Source: Thermodesulfovibrionia bacterium (GTDB lineage Bacteria > Nitrospirota > Thermodesulfovibrionia > UBA6902). From it: a stretch of DNA of 64,000 nucleotides. Shown here in pieces: positions 39,001 to 48,508 of this stretch (position 1 is the first letter of the stretch; the number at the start of each line of letters is the position of its first letter). The position numbers were made by a program, and so were the translations under genes. The notes beneath the pieces are model-generated. The model was given only the letters and a program-made list of their open reading frames with translations, did no database searches and was not told the DNA's origin. Where the stretch lies: positions 21,838 through 85,837 of the forward strand of contig JAGVNU010000030.1 in the NCBI GenBank assembly GCA_020053105.1. Direction: 5' to 3'.

Positions 39001-39672
39001 TTGTTAATAGGCCTTGAATTAGTCCTCGGGGTAGACAACGTTCTGGTGATCGCCATCTTCGTGGGACGCCTGGAGGAGTCACAGAGAAACAGGGCAAGGC
39101 TTCTGGGTTTAAGCCTTGCCCTGATCGCCAGGATTGTGATGCTTGTCATCGTCCTGGCCCTTGCCAGTCTGACAAACCCGGTCATATGGAATTTATCGGC
39201 CAGGGATTTGATCCTGCTTGCGGGCGGGCTGTTTCTGTTGTATAAGGCGGTGCGGGAGATACATCATACAGTTGAGCTGAGGGAAGAGGCGGAGATGGCC
39301 GCGAGGAAGAGCCCGGGTAATTATTTCAATATCATTCTGCAGATCGTGCTTTTAGACATCGTATTTTCCATTGATTCAGTAATAACAGCCGTTGGATTAA
39401 CGAATAAATTGTGGGTCATTATAGTCTCGGTGCTGGTGTCTTTTGCCGCTATTCTCGCTTATGCAAAACCTATCGGCGAATATATCATCCGGCACCCGGC
39501 GCTGAAGATCCTGGCCCTGTCGTTTCTGATAACCATCGGCGTGACCATCTTTATGGAAGGAATGCACAAGCATGTTCCCAAGGCCTATATTTACCTGCCG
39601 ATGGGGTTCGCGTTATTGGTGGAGATACTGCAGATGAGATATGCATTTAAAAAGAAGGCCCTGCGGCTGTAA
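39001..39672 (+). CDS. TerC family membrane protein
   Basis: LELVLGVDN, LDIVFSIDSVITAVG, PKAYIY; true start may be ATA 38974. Confidence 0.9.
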   Translation: MLIGLELVLGVDNVLVIAIFVGRLEESQRNRARLLGLSLALIARIVMLVIVLALASLTNPVIWNLSARDLILLAGGLFLLYKAVREIHHTVELREEAEMAARKSPGNYFNIILQIVLLDIVFSIDSVITAVGLTNKLWVIIVSVLVSFAAILAYAKPIGEYIIRHPALKILALSFLITIGVTIFMEGMHKHVPKAYIYLPMGFALLVEILQMRYAFKKKALRL

Positions 39673-39695
39673 CTGTAAACAATTTGAGACGGGGT

Positions 39696-41054
39696 CTATG
39701 CTTCCAATCCGTATTTTTTCAGTTTTCTCCAGAGCGACACCCTGTCTATGCCGAGTATCTGCGCTGCAAGTGTTTTATTTTCTCCGGCCTCTTTTAATAC
39801 CCACTTTATATAAGACTCTTCCTGCTCCTGAAGAGACGGGATCTTGCCTTCTTTTTTCCTGAAAGTCCTGATGCTCAATTCCCTTAAATCCTCCGGCAGA
39901 TGGACCACCTCGATTGCATTGCCGTTTGAAAGCGCGACACCCCTTTCCATGATATTTTCCAGTTCCCTTACATTGCCCGGGAAATCATAATTCATCAAAA
40001 GGCCTATTACATCCGGAGATATTTCAGAAACGTCCTTTTTCATAAGAGTCGCATACTTTTTTAAAAAATAATAGCTTAAAAAAGGGATATCGTCTTTTCG
40101 CTCCGACAAAGGGGGAATAAACAAAGAGACAACGTTTATCCTGAAATAAAGGTCCTGCCTGAAAAGCCCCTCTTTTATCGCGCCCTGTATGTCCCTGTTG
40201 GTGGCAGCCACGAACCGGACATCGGCTTTTATTGAGGCAGTCCCCCCGAGCCGCAGGAACTCTTTCTCCTGAATCGCCCTTAAAATCTTGACCTGCATGG
40301 AAGGCGGCATCTCCACTATCTCATCAAGGAATAAAGTGCCGCCTGAGGCCATTTCTATCAACCCTTTTTTCATCTCGTTGGCCCCTGTAAACGCACCCTT
40401 TTCATGTCCGAAGAGTTCATTCGACAGAAGCTCCTCAGTAAAAGCGCCGCAGTTGATCGCGAAAAAAGGCCCTTCTGCGCGGCTGCTGTTAAAATGTATA
40501 TACCTTGCCATCAATTCCTTCCCGGTACCGCTCTCCCCCCTCAGCAGGACATTGCAATCCGTAGGCGCTATCTGCCGCGCGGTATCGAGGAGCCTCTGCA
40601 TATTGACATCCTGGGTCACTATCTTGACCTTCCCCTCATATCTCTCCAGTTGCTCCCTTAACTGAGCATTCTCTTTTTTCAGCCTGACTTTTTCAAAGGC
40701 CTCCTTTACTATCTTTCTGACTTCGTCGAGTTTGAAGGGCTTTGTTATGTAGTCATAAGCCCCTTCTTTCATGGCCATAATGGCTGACTGGACCGTTGCA
40801 TAACCGGTCATCATGATCACCTCGGTATCGGGATAGATATTCCGGCATTTCTCGAGTATCTGCGCGCCGTCCACTTTTTCCATCCGCAGATCGGTAAGCA
40901 CAACATCAAATTCCTGATTATCGAGAATCTTTAAAGCATTAGGCCCGCTGTTTGCCCCGACAACCTCATATCCTTCTTTTTTCATGGCGTGCACTAAATT
41001 TCTAAGTGCAATTTTTTCATCTTCTACGATCAGCATTCTTGTCTTGCCGTTCAT
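39696..41054 (-). CDS. Sigma54-dependent response regulator (NtrC family)
   Basis: REC; GESGTGKE, ELFGHEKGAFTGA, FLDEI, PGNVREL; Fis-type HTH. Confidence 0.95.
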   Translation of the reverse strand: MNGKTRMLIVEDEKIALRNLVHAMKKEGYEVVGANSGPNALKILDNQEFDVVLTDLRMEKVDGAQILEKCRNIYPDTEVIMMTGYATVQSAIMAMKEGAYDYITKPFKLDEVRKIVKEAFEKVRLKKENAQLREQLERYEGKVKIVTQDVNMQRLLDTARQIAPTDCNVLLRGESGTGKELMARYIHFNSSRAEGPFFAINCGAFTEELLSNELFGHEKGAFTGANEMKKGLIEMASGGTLFLDEIVEMPPSMQVKILRAIQEKEFLRLGGTASIKADVRFVAATNRDIQGAIKEGLFRQDLYFRINVVSLFIPPLSERKDDIPFLSYYFLKKYATLMKKDVSEISPDVIGLLMNYDFPGNVRELENIMERGVALSNGNAIEVVHLPEDLRELSIRTFRKKEGKIPSLQEQEESYIKWVLKEAGENKTLAAQILGIDRVSLWRKLKKYGLEA

Positions 41055-43075
41055 TTTATCAGCACCATATCAACAATATCTTCGACCCTGTCCACCAGAT
41101 GAATTTCGAGCCCCTTTTTAACATCCGCGGGAAGACCTTCAATATTCACATTGTTCCTCGACGGCAATATCACTGTACTCACCCCTGCCCTGCGCGCAGC
41201 CAGAAGCTTTTCCTTTATCCCTCCGACAGGAAGTATTCTTCCGCTCAGGGTCAATTCGCCTGACACAGCCACATCCCTTTTTGCCGGCCTTCCGGTCAAT
41301 AGCGAGATCAGGGAGATCACGATAGTTGCGCCTGCGGAAGGCCCGTCCTTGGGGATAGCTCCTGCAGGGACATGGACATGGATGTCCTGCAATTCAAAGA
41401 AGTTCTCGTCGATATTAAAAGAAACGGCGTTGCTTCTTATATAGCTCAGTGCGGCCTGCGCGGATTCACGCATGACAGTGCCGAGCGAACCCGTCAAAAT
41501 AAGTTCTCCTTTTCCCTTCATCTTGGCCGCCTCGACAAAAATAATGGCGCCTCCTGTTTCGGTCCATACGAGTCCGGTTGTAACGCCGACGCGGTTCTTC
41601 TCGTCCGCTACTTCAAAGTAATATTTTTTCGATCCAAGATATTTCTCTACAAGCTCAGGCGTTATCCTTAATACCTCTTCACCTTCCTTTGGAAACGAAG
41701 AGGCCCGGGCGGATTTCTGGACATGCTCAGCGGCTATTTTCCTGCACATGGCGGCAATCTGCCTTTCGAGATTTCTTATGCCTGCCTCATGGGTATATTC
41801 CTGAATGATCTTTAATACAGCCCCGGAAGAAAATTCCGGAGGAAACTCCGACAGGCCCTTTTCATGTATCTGTTTTGGAACAATATACCTCATGGCGATA
41901 TTCGCTTTTTCATCTTCCGTGTAACCCGAGAATTCTATTATTTCCATCCGGTCTCTAAGGGCGGCCTGAATATTGTCCGCGACATTTGCCGTTACAATAA
42001 ACATGACACTTGAAAGGTCAAAAGGCACGTCGACATAATGGTCGATGAAATTCAGGTTCTGCTCCGGGTCAAGGACCTCAAGCAAGGCTGACGCAGGGTC
42101 CCCCTTAAAATCCTGTCCCACCTTGTCCAGTTCATCGAGCATAATAACAGGATTGGACGATTCAACCCTGTTGATCTCATCGAGAATGCGCCCGGGCATG
42201 GCGCCTGCGTATGTCCTCCTGTGCCCCCTTATTTCAGCCTCGTCTTTGACACCGCCGAGTGAAATCCTGGCGAATTTCCTTCCAAGCGCATCTGCTATCG
42301 CCCTGCCCAGCGACGTCTTTCCTGTTCCGGGCGGGCCTGCAAAACAGAGCACAGAGCCTTTTGTAGAGCGGGTTGAAAATTTTTTCTCAAGCGCCTTTTT
42401 TACAACCGAACGGACGTCCTCGAGTTTAAACGGTTTTGCAATATAGTGAAAAGCGCCTTTCTTTATCGCATCCACGGCAGTATCTACGGAGGCAAAGCCG
42501 GTGATCATTATGACCTGCGTGTCGGGGTATTTATGTTTTGCCTTTTCCAGGACGTCTGTCCCGCTTATCTTCGGCATCTTGAGGTCGGTGATTACAACGT
42601 CAAAATCAAAATCCTCCAGCCTCTGAAAAGCCTCTTCCCCACTGCCGGCGGTGGCTATTGAATAACCTTCTTTTTTCAGCATATGCTCCAGATTCCGAAC
42701 GACTATGGACTCATCATCAACTATCAGTATCCGGGGGTTTTTGTTGGCCACAAGTATCTTGACAGCCAGATGCTCCAGTATCCTTTCTTTAATGCCCGTC
42801 AATCCGTAATGTCTTTCATCAAGGATCTTCTGCGCCCTGGCAAGGTCCAGATTGTCTTCTGTTTTTTTGTTCCAGGGCAGTCTTGTAAGATAGTCAATAT
42901 AGGCAAGCCCGATTGTATATTCTGCTACTGCGGGACTGATCTTTGACAGCATCTCGAACTCATTGTTGGCCACGAGTTGGACCTTGGGCGGCATTTTGGC
43001 GGCATTGATCTTCTGCCGCAACTCCTCCACGGCTTCAGACTGAATTTTTTCGTCCGATTTTTTGAAGATACCCAT
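41051..43075 (-). CDS. lon: Lon protease lacking the N-domain, with a receiver domain inserted in the AAA+ module
   Basis: LPW..HYGL..KERILEHLAV, then REC (VDDE, TDLKMP, ITG, AKP), then GPPGTGKT, RGHRRTY, LDELDK, PKDGPSAG, GGIKEK. Confidence 0.9.
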   Translation of the reverse strand: MGIFKKSDEKIQSEAVEELRQKINAAKMPPKVQLVANNEFEMLSKISPAVAEYTIGLAYIDYLTRLPWNKKTEDNLDLARAQKILDERHYGLTGIKERILEHLAVKILVANKNPRILIVDDESIVVRNLEHMLKKEGYSIATAGSGEEAFQRLEDFDFDVVITDLKMPKISGTDVLEKAKHKYPDTQVIMITGFASVDTAVDAIKKGAFHYIAKPFKLEDVRSVVKKALEKKFSTRSTKGSVLCFAGPPGTGKTSLGRAIADALGRKFARISLGGVKDEAEIRGHRRTYAGAMPGRILDEINRVESSNPVIMLDELDKVGQDFKGDPASALLEVLDPEQNLNFIDHYVDVPFDLSSVMFIVTANVADNIQAALRDRMEIIEFSGYTEDEKANIAMRYIVPKQIHEKGLSEFPPEFSSGAVLKIIQEYTHEAGIRNLERQIAAMCRKIAAEHVQKSARASSFPKEGEEVLRITPELVEKYLGSKKYYFEVADEKNRVGVTTGLVWTETGGAIIFVEAAKMKGKGELILTGSLGTVMRESAQAALSYIRSNAVSFNIDENFFELQDIHVHVPAGAIPKDGPSAGATIVISLISLLTGRPAKRDVAVSGELTLSGRILPVGGIKEKLLAARRAGVSTVILPSRNNVNIEGLPADVKKGLEIHLVDRVEDIVDMVLIK

Positions 43076-43099
43076 TTCCTAACGATAATAACCCAACCA

Positions 43100-43262
43100 T
43101 GTTGCATAATGCAATCTCCGGCAATTCAGATGCAACGATATTTTTATATGGCCCCGCATTAATACTCAAAGGCCCGATATTAAGAGTTGAAACCCGGTGA
43201 AATATTCACCTCAAATTAGCCGTTTAAGTGCTTCCTATTTTATGGCAGATGCAAAATGCAAC
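43100..43262. promoter_or_regulatory. Candidate enhancer sites GTTGCA-N3-TGCAAC
   Basis: GTTGCATAATGCAAT (43101), ATTCAGATGCAAC (43124), GATGCAAAATGCAAC (43248). Confidence 0.5.
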
Positions 43263-43339
43263 GGTTATCAATATTTCTCCAACTGCCTGTCATCCGAATA
43301 AAACATTTTAAAACAAGGAGATAAATTGTTTTTGTCTTC

Positions 43340-43355
43340 CGGCACGGATATTGAT
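43340..43355 (+). promoter_or_regulatory. Candidate sigma54 promoter (variant -12)
   Basis: CGGCACGGATATTGAT: GG-N10-GA rather than GC. Confidence 0.45.
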
Positions 43356-43411
43356 ATAACCAAATCATCAAAGAAGAAAAAAACTTAAAACAGCAAATAC
43401 CTGGAAAGGAG

Positions 43412-43597
43412 ATGAAAATGATAAAACTTCTAAAAAAATTAGAGGATGTTTATGCAGCAGCCGCTTTCGCAGAAGCAGGCGAACACGAAACAGCAAGAGA
43501 AATCATGAGAGAGGAGAAGAGGACTGAGAAGAGAGATCAGATTACACCCAGGCCGCGCATTCAGTTAAGGGCCTCCGGAAGAGACCGGAAAAATTAA
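43412..43597 (+). CDS. Small protein with AAAFAEAGExETARE motif
   Basis: LEDVYAAAAFAEAGEHETAREIM; same motif opens the next gene. Confidence 0.75.
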   Translation: MKMIKLLKKLEDVYAAAAFAEAGEHETAREIMREEKRTEKRDQITPRPRIQLRASGRDRKN

Positions 43598-43628
43598 ACA
43601 GTAATTTCCTTGCACTCAGGGAGATGAC

Positions 43629-44108
43629 ATGAAAAAGTTGATAAAAAAATTTGAAGATGCGATGTGTGCAGCGGCCTTTGCAGAGGCAGGAGAATTTGAA
43701 ACTGCAAGGGAAATTGCAAAGGGAAGACAGAAGGTGCTGCTTACATTAACAGGAAATGTCTCTGACAGGAAATCATTTAAATATGCGCTTAATATCTGCA
43801 GGCGCATAGGCGCAGGGCTTGAGATCCTGAACATATCAAAGAATGATGAAATGCTTCAGATGTTAAAAGAATTCCAGAATGAACTGAAGAGAGGGGGTGT
43901 CGCGTGCGAGATTTTTCAGGAGAGTGGCTGCATAAAGGAGGCCATCATTCACCACACGGGAAAAAGGGGTGATATCCAGTTTGTGGTCGTTGAATCGTCA
44001 GATGCCTTAAATATTAAATGCAAAAAGGATGACAGAGAGCTTTCAAAAATTTGGGAGGGACTAAAGTGCCCTCTGGTCCTGGTTTCCGGGACGGGGCTTA
44101 AGATTTAA
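43629..44108 (+). CDS. AAAFAEAGE motif plus USP-like domain protein
   Basis: FEDAMCAAAFAEAGEFETAREI then KVLL...KYALNICRRIGAGLEIL...CPLVLV. Confidence 0.7.
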   Translation: MKKLIKKFEDAMCAAAFAEAGEFETAREIAKGRQKVLLTLTGNVSDRKSFKYALNICRRIGAGLEILNISKNDEMLQMLKEFQNELKRGGVACEIFQESGCIKEAIIHHTGKRGDIQFVVVESSDALNIKCKKDDRELSKIWEGLKCPLVLVSGTGLKI

Positions 44109-44139
44109 TAACCAATATTTAATGACCAAGGAGGGAAAT

Positions 44140-44391
44140 ATGTCACACAGCAATGTAAAAAGAAAGCCGGTCGGCAAGATGGTGCTGATGGGCGTAATAT
44201 CAGTGACGCTTTATGCGCTGCTGTTGTTAAAGCAGGATGTTATTAACGAGTATATCGGTCAAGGCGGCATGTATGCGTTCCTGCCGATAATAACGGCATT
44301 CTTATTCTCATTTGTTCACGGCACATTTACGGGCGACTTCTGGACAGTTATGGGTGTAGAGGCCGCAAAGAAGAAGAAGGAGGTAAAATAA
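44140..44391 (+). CDS. Small two-TM membrane protein
   Basis: SD AAGGAGG; FLPIITAFLFSFVHGTFTGDFWTVMG. Confidence 0.75.
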   Translation: MSHSNVKRKPVGKMVLMGVISVTLYALLLLKQDVINEYIGQGGMYAFLPIITAFLFSFVHGTFTGDFWTVMGVEAAKKKKEVK

Positions 44392-44392
44392 C

Positions 44393-45481
44393 ATGCACGA
44401 TATAGCACAAGTAGCGTCAAACTTTATAAATCTTGATATCATGACTATTTCGTACCTGTTTTTTGTCGGGTTTGTCGGAGGTCTCGTAAGCGGGTTCATT
44501 GGTTCAGGAGGAGCATTCGTGCTCACACCGGCCATGATGAGTCTTGGAGTGCCCGGACTTGTTGCAGTGGCAAGCAACATGTGCCACAAATTTCCCAAGG
44601 CACTTATCGGCTCTATCAAGCGGGCAAAATACGGACAGGTTGATGTGAAAATGGGAATTGTTCTCGGCATTTCTGCCGAAGCCGGAGTTCTTTACGGCGC
44701 GCACATTCAGGAGAGCATCAAAAAGTCATTCGGAGAGGCAGGTTCCAATCTTTATGTCAGCGTGGCCTTTGTGGTAATACTTGCTATAGTTGGCGGTTTT
44801 GTATTATATGACGCATGGAAGACCTACAAATCCGGAAATACCAACGAAGAAGAAAAGGTCACCAAGCTTGCGCTCTGGGTCCAATCCATTAACATTCCCG
44901 GCACAATGGTTTATTTCAAATGTCTGAATGCAAAGATTTCAGTTCTCTTCACCATCCCTCTTGGATTTGCAACCGGAATGCTGGCGGCAACAATTGCGGT
45001 AGGCGGGTTCATCGGGGTGCCTGCCATGATTTACGTCCTGGGCGCTCCAAGTCTCCTGGCTTCTGCAACTGAACTGGTAATAGCTTTTGTAATGGGACTC
45101 GGCGGCTCATTTAAATTTGCACTGCACGGACTCGTTGATATCAGGCTGGCCATGATTATCCTTGCAGGCTCTCTCTTCGGCATTCAGCTCGGAGCAATTG
45201 GGACGACTTATGTAAAGCCGTTCATGATTAAGGTTGTCATGGGCACAATTATGGTCATCGTCCTGTTCAGCCGTGGCTTGATGGTGCCTGTTTATCTCTC
45301 GGAGCTGGGCTTAATACAGACCTTGAGTGAAGGCACAGTGAAGATAATGAAAAACACAAGCTTCGGCATAATGATAACCGCATTGCTTTTGGGAGCATTC
45401 ATAGTGCTGCGCGCGATGTGGCAGGGGAAAAAGGCGGAGCAATTGGCAACGCAGGAAGCATACGAGCATGGTAAAATATAG
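44393..45481 (+). CDS. TauE/SafE family sulfite-exporter-like transporter
   Basis: GFIGSGGAFVLTP and IAVGGFIGVP repeats; polytopic. Confidence 0.87.
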   Translation: MHDIAQVASNFINLDIMTISYLFFVGFVGGLVSGFIGSGGAFVLTPAMMSLGVPGLVAVASNMCHKFPKALIGSIKRAKYGQVDVKMGIVLGISAEAGVLYGAHIQESIKKSFGEAGSNLYVSVAFVVILAIVGGFVLYDAWKTYKSGNTNEEEKVTKLALWVQSINIPGTMVYFKCLNAKISVLFTIPLGFATGMLAATIAVGGFIGVPAMIYVLGAPSLLASATELVIAFVMGLGGSFKFALHGLVDIRLAMIILAGSLFGIQLGAIGTTYVKPFMIKVVMGTIMVIVLFSRGLMVPVYLSELGLIQTLSEGTVKIMKNTSFGIMITALLLGAFIVLRAMWQGKKAEQLATQEAYEHGKI

Positions 45482-45483
45482 CA

Positions 45484-46338
45484 ATGGGTTTATACCGTAA
45501 GATACTCGTTGCCTTTGACGGATCAGAATCAAGCGTGAATGCCCTTTTACAGGCATTCACGCTTGCCAATGACGAAAAGTGCTGGATAACCGTCGCTACC
45601 ATAGTCCCGTCGTACGAAGGCGACCTCGATCTTACCGGAGTAAAGGACATTCATGAAACCCTCAGGCACACCGGAGAAGTAATCTCATCCAAAGCAAAGA
45701 CAATTGCAGATAAGGAAAGGGCCCTCATAAAAACAGTGGTTGAAGAAGGACCGCCTTTTGAAAAACTGGTTGAAATTGCGGAAACTGAAAACGCCGGGAT
45801 CATTGTCATGGGCAGACGGGGAATGTCCCGTCTTGAGAGGGCCTTTGTAGGCAGCGTTACGGCGCGCGTCATTGGACACAGCACAAGAGATGTGCTGGTC
45901 GTGCCGGAGCATGCGGCAATCGAATGGAAAAATATCCTTATTACGACTGACGGCTCAAAATACAGTGAGGCAGCCTCGAAGAAGGCGATAGCTTTCGCAA
46001 AGGCATACGGCGGGGAATTAAAGGTCCTTTCTGTGGTGGATGTCCCCCCGGAATTAAATGCAGAATCTCCGGCAACCGTGGAAAAGCTGATTAAAAAGGC
46101 AAAGGGATATGTCGAGGTTGTGAAGAAACTGGCGGAGGAGGCAAATGTAAGGACAGAGACCTTTGTGAGAGAAAGCGAAGCCTATCAGATAATAACCAGT
46201 ATTGCAAGAGAGCAAAATGTGGGGACTGTTGTAATGGGATCACACGGAAGGACCGGCCTGAAAAGACTCCTCATGGGAAGCGTTACCGAGAAGGTCATAG
46301 GACATACACTCTGCCCCGTGCTTGTTGTAAAACCCTGA
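45484..46338 (+). CDS. Tandem universal stress protein
   Basis: Two USP domains (ILVAFDGS...MGRRG...GSVT; ILITTDGS...MGSHG...GSVT). Confidence 0.92.
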   Translation: MGLYRKILVAFDGSESSVNALLQAFTLANDEKCWITVATIVPSYEGDLDLTGVKDIHETLRHTGEVISSKAKTIADKERALIKTVVEEGPPFEKLVEIAETENAGIIVMGRRGMSRLERAFVGSVTARVIGHSTRDVLVVPEHAAIEWKNILITTDGSKYSEAASKKAIAFAKAYGGELKVLSVVDVPPELNAESPATVEKLIKKAKGYVEVVKKLAEEANVRTETFVRESEAYQIITSIAREQNVGTVVMGSHGRTGLKRLLMGSVTEKVIGHTLCPVLVVKP

Positions 46339-46638
46339 CCCGGACTTTTTGACCCGCATATTTTTGTTTTCAATAACATAAAGAAAAGTCTTTTCCTGGA
46401 AGCACAGAAAATTACTGATACGGCAAAGAGGATTGCTTCAAAGAACGGGACATCCATCAAAGTTGAGATACTCGAAGGCCACCCGGCGGAGCAAATCATA
46501 GAGACTGCAAAGAAGTCAGATAATGATTTGATTGTCATGGGAAGCTATGGATGGAGAGGCGTTGACAAGGCAATTATAGGGAGCACTGCTGAGAGGGTTG
46601 TTGTTCATGCATCCTGCCCTATATTGGTTGCCAGGTAA
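46339..46638 (+). pseudogene. 5'-truncated USP fragment
   Basis: Own translation: ...EGHPAEQIIETAKKSDNDLIVMGSYGWRGVDKAIIGSTAERVVVHASCPILVAR*; first USP strand and a start codon are missing. Confidence 0.7.
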
Positions 46639-46790
46639 TATGAAATAAAAGGCCGCAGAACAGCTCTTCGATCAGCAAATGGTCCCCCCCTGGGCACGAC
46701 TCGACGGGACTGTCTGCTTGTTCCAAATTAAACCACACCACACCTGACTCTTTATCAAAAACCAAAAATATTGTATCTTAGAGATTACCA

Positions 46791-48503
46791 TTGAAAAAGA
46801 TGAACTTAAAAATCTGGCATAAGATGATAATCGGTATCTCTATCCCTTCTCTTTTCACCCTGATCGGCGGCATACTGACGTACAGCTATATAAGTGATGT
46901 AAAGATAAGGCATGGTTATGTTCAGATTGCAGATGACTTAAAGGAGCAGGTGCTTGAAATCAGACGAAATGAAAAAAATTTTCTTCTTCACAAAGATGTG
47001 GAATATTACAGATATTTCCAGGATGCAATCTCCGGCCTTAACAAATCAGTCAACGCGATATCTCCGCCGACCGTTGTTGAAATAGGAAAAGATTTGTCCC
47101 TGCTTCGCGGGTCCGTACCGGCATATCTTGGTTTTGCAGATGACCTTTTCGAATATTATCAACAGGAAATCAATGTTGTTGAAAAGGTGCGTGAAGAGGG
47201 CAGAAAACTGGAAGCCTTTGTAGCAACGGGGAAGTACTCAAAGGATCTTACCACAAGCTTTATTCTTAATCTCAGACGTTTTGAAAAAAACTATGTGCTT
47301 TATCGTGATAATGTCTCTTATAACGAGTTGGAAAGCGCGCTTTCGCAAATTAATAATATAACCCCTTTTTGTTTTGACTGTGTTGAATATAAAGAGGCCA
47401 TCCATGACCTCTTTTCTACCTATAAAAAAATGGATGAAAAGGTAAATGATCTGCAGTCTACCGGGAATAAACTTGAAGAAACTACGTATAAAATAGCAAC
47501 CAGTGAAAGACAAAAGGTAAACTCTTTTTTTACTCGTACACAGCAGCATCTGGTCCTGGCCCTCATCTTACTCTGTATCCTGGGCCCGTTTTTTGTGAAT
47601 AAAACTGCAAGTTATATAGTCGCGCCGATTAAAAGACTCGCTGAAATTACAAAAAAAATTTCAGAGGGCGATTTAACACTAAGGGCGCCGCTCAAAGAGC
47701 ATGATGAAACCCATACGCTTGCACTGTCTTTCAATACCATGCTCGACCAATTGCAGTTAACACATGAATCACTGGGACAAAGCCTGGAACTTTTACATGC
47801 AAAACAGATAGAAGTTGAAAAACGCGCATCACTCGGTTTCCTTGTATCGGGTATTACCCATGAGTTGAATAACCCCCTGAACAACATATCCCTGACTGCT
47901 GAGACAATGAGGGAAGATATGGGTGAAATTACCCCTGAAGAGCTTAAAGAATATATCCAGGATATACTTACACAGAGTGAGCGTGCCAAGAATATTATAG
48001 CAGACCTTCTCGAATTTGTAGGTACGCAAAAGACCACAGTTATGGAGAAGATGGATATTGTAAATGTTATAGAAGAAGCAATCAGACTTGTTGCAAATGA
48101 GCTGAAAGTTGCCGGCATAAATTTAAAAACAGACCTCCCTAACAGCCCTTTTTTCGTATATGGAAACCATGGCAAATTAGAAGAAGTCTTCGTTAATATC
48201 ATTATAAATGCAATACACGCAATAAAAAATGAAGGAACACTGACAATAAATGCCAGGCATGATACAGTAACTAACCATATATTCATCCATATCTCTGACA
48301 CAGGGCATGGAATACCTGAGGAACATATAAAAAATATATTTGAACCATTTTTCACGACCAAGGAGGCTGGAGAAGGCACCGGACTCGGTCTGTCAGTCAG
48401 TCAGAGTATTGTACGGGAGCACAAGGGTGAAATTGACGTTGAGAGTGAAGTAGGCAATGGCACTACTTTCACAATTAAACTGCCTTTGTCAGGAATTCGC
48501 TAA
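46791..48503 (+). CDS. Membrane sensor histidine kinase (periplasmic helical repeats, HAMP, HisKA, HATPase)
   Basis: Two TMs, THELNNPL, SDTGHG, FEPFFTTK, GTGLGL; periplasmic PFCFDC. Confidence 0.93.
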   Translation: MKKMNLKIWHKMIIGISIPSLFTLIGGILTYSYISDVKIRHGYVQIADDLKEQVLEIRRNEKNFLLHKDVEYYRYFQDAISGLNKSVNAISPPTVVEIGKDLSLLRGSVPAYLGFADDLFEYYQQEINVVEKVREEGRKLEAFVATGKYSKDLTTSFILNLRRFEKNYVLYRDNVSYNELESALSQINNITPFCFDCVEYKEAIHDLFSTYKKMDEKVNDLQSTGNKLEETTYKIATSERQKVNSFFTRTQQHLVLALILLCILGPFFVNKTASYIVAPIKRLAEITKKISEGDLTLRAPLKEHDETHTLALSFNTMLDQLQLTHESLGQSLELLHAKQIEVEKRASLGFLVSGITHELNNPLNNISLTAETMREDMGEITPEELKEYIQDILTQSERAKNIIADLLEFVGTQKTTVMEKMDIVNVIEEAIRLVANELKVAGINLKTDLPNSPFFVYGNHGKLEEVFVNIIINAIHAIKNEGTLTINARHDTVTNHIFIHISDTGHGIPEEHIKNIFEPFFTTKEAGEGTGLGLSVSQSIVREHKGEIDVESEVGNGTTFTIKLPLSGIR

Positions 48504-48508
48504 CAAAA

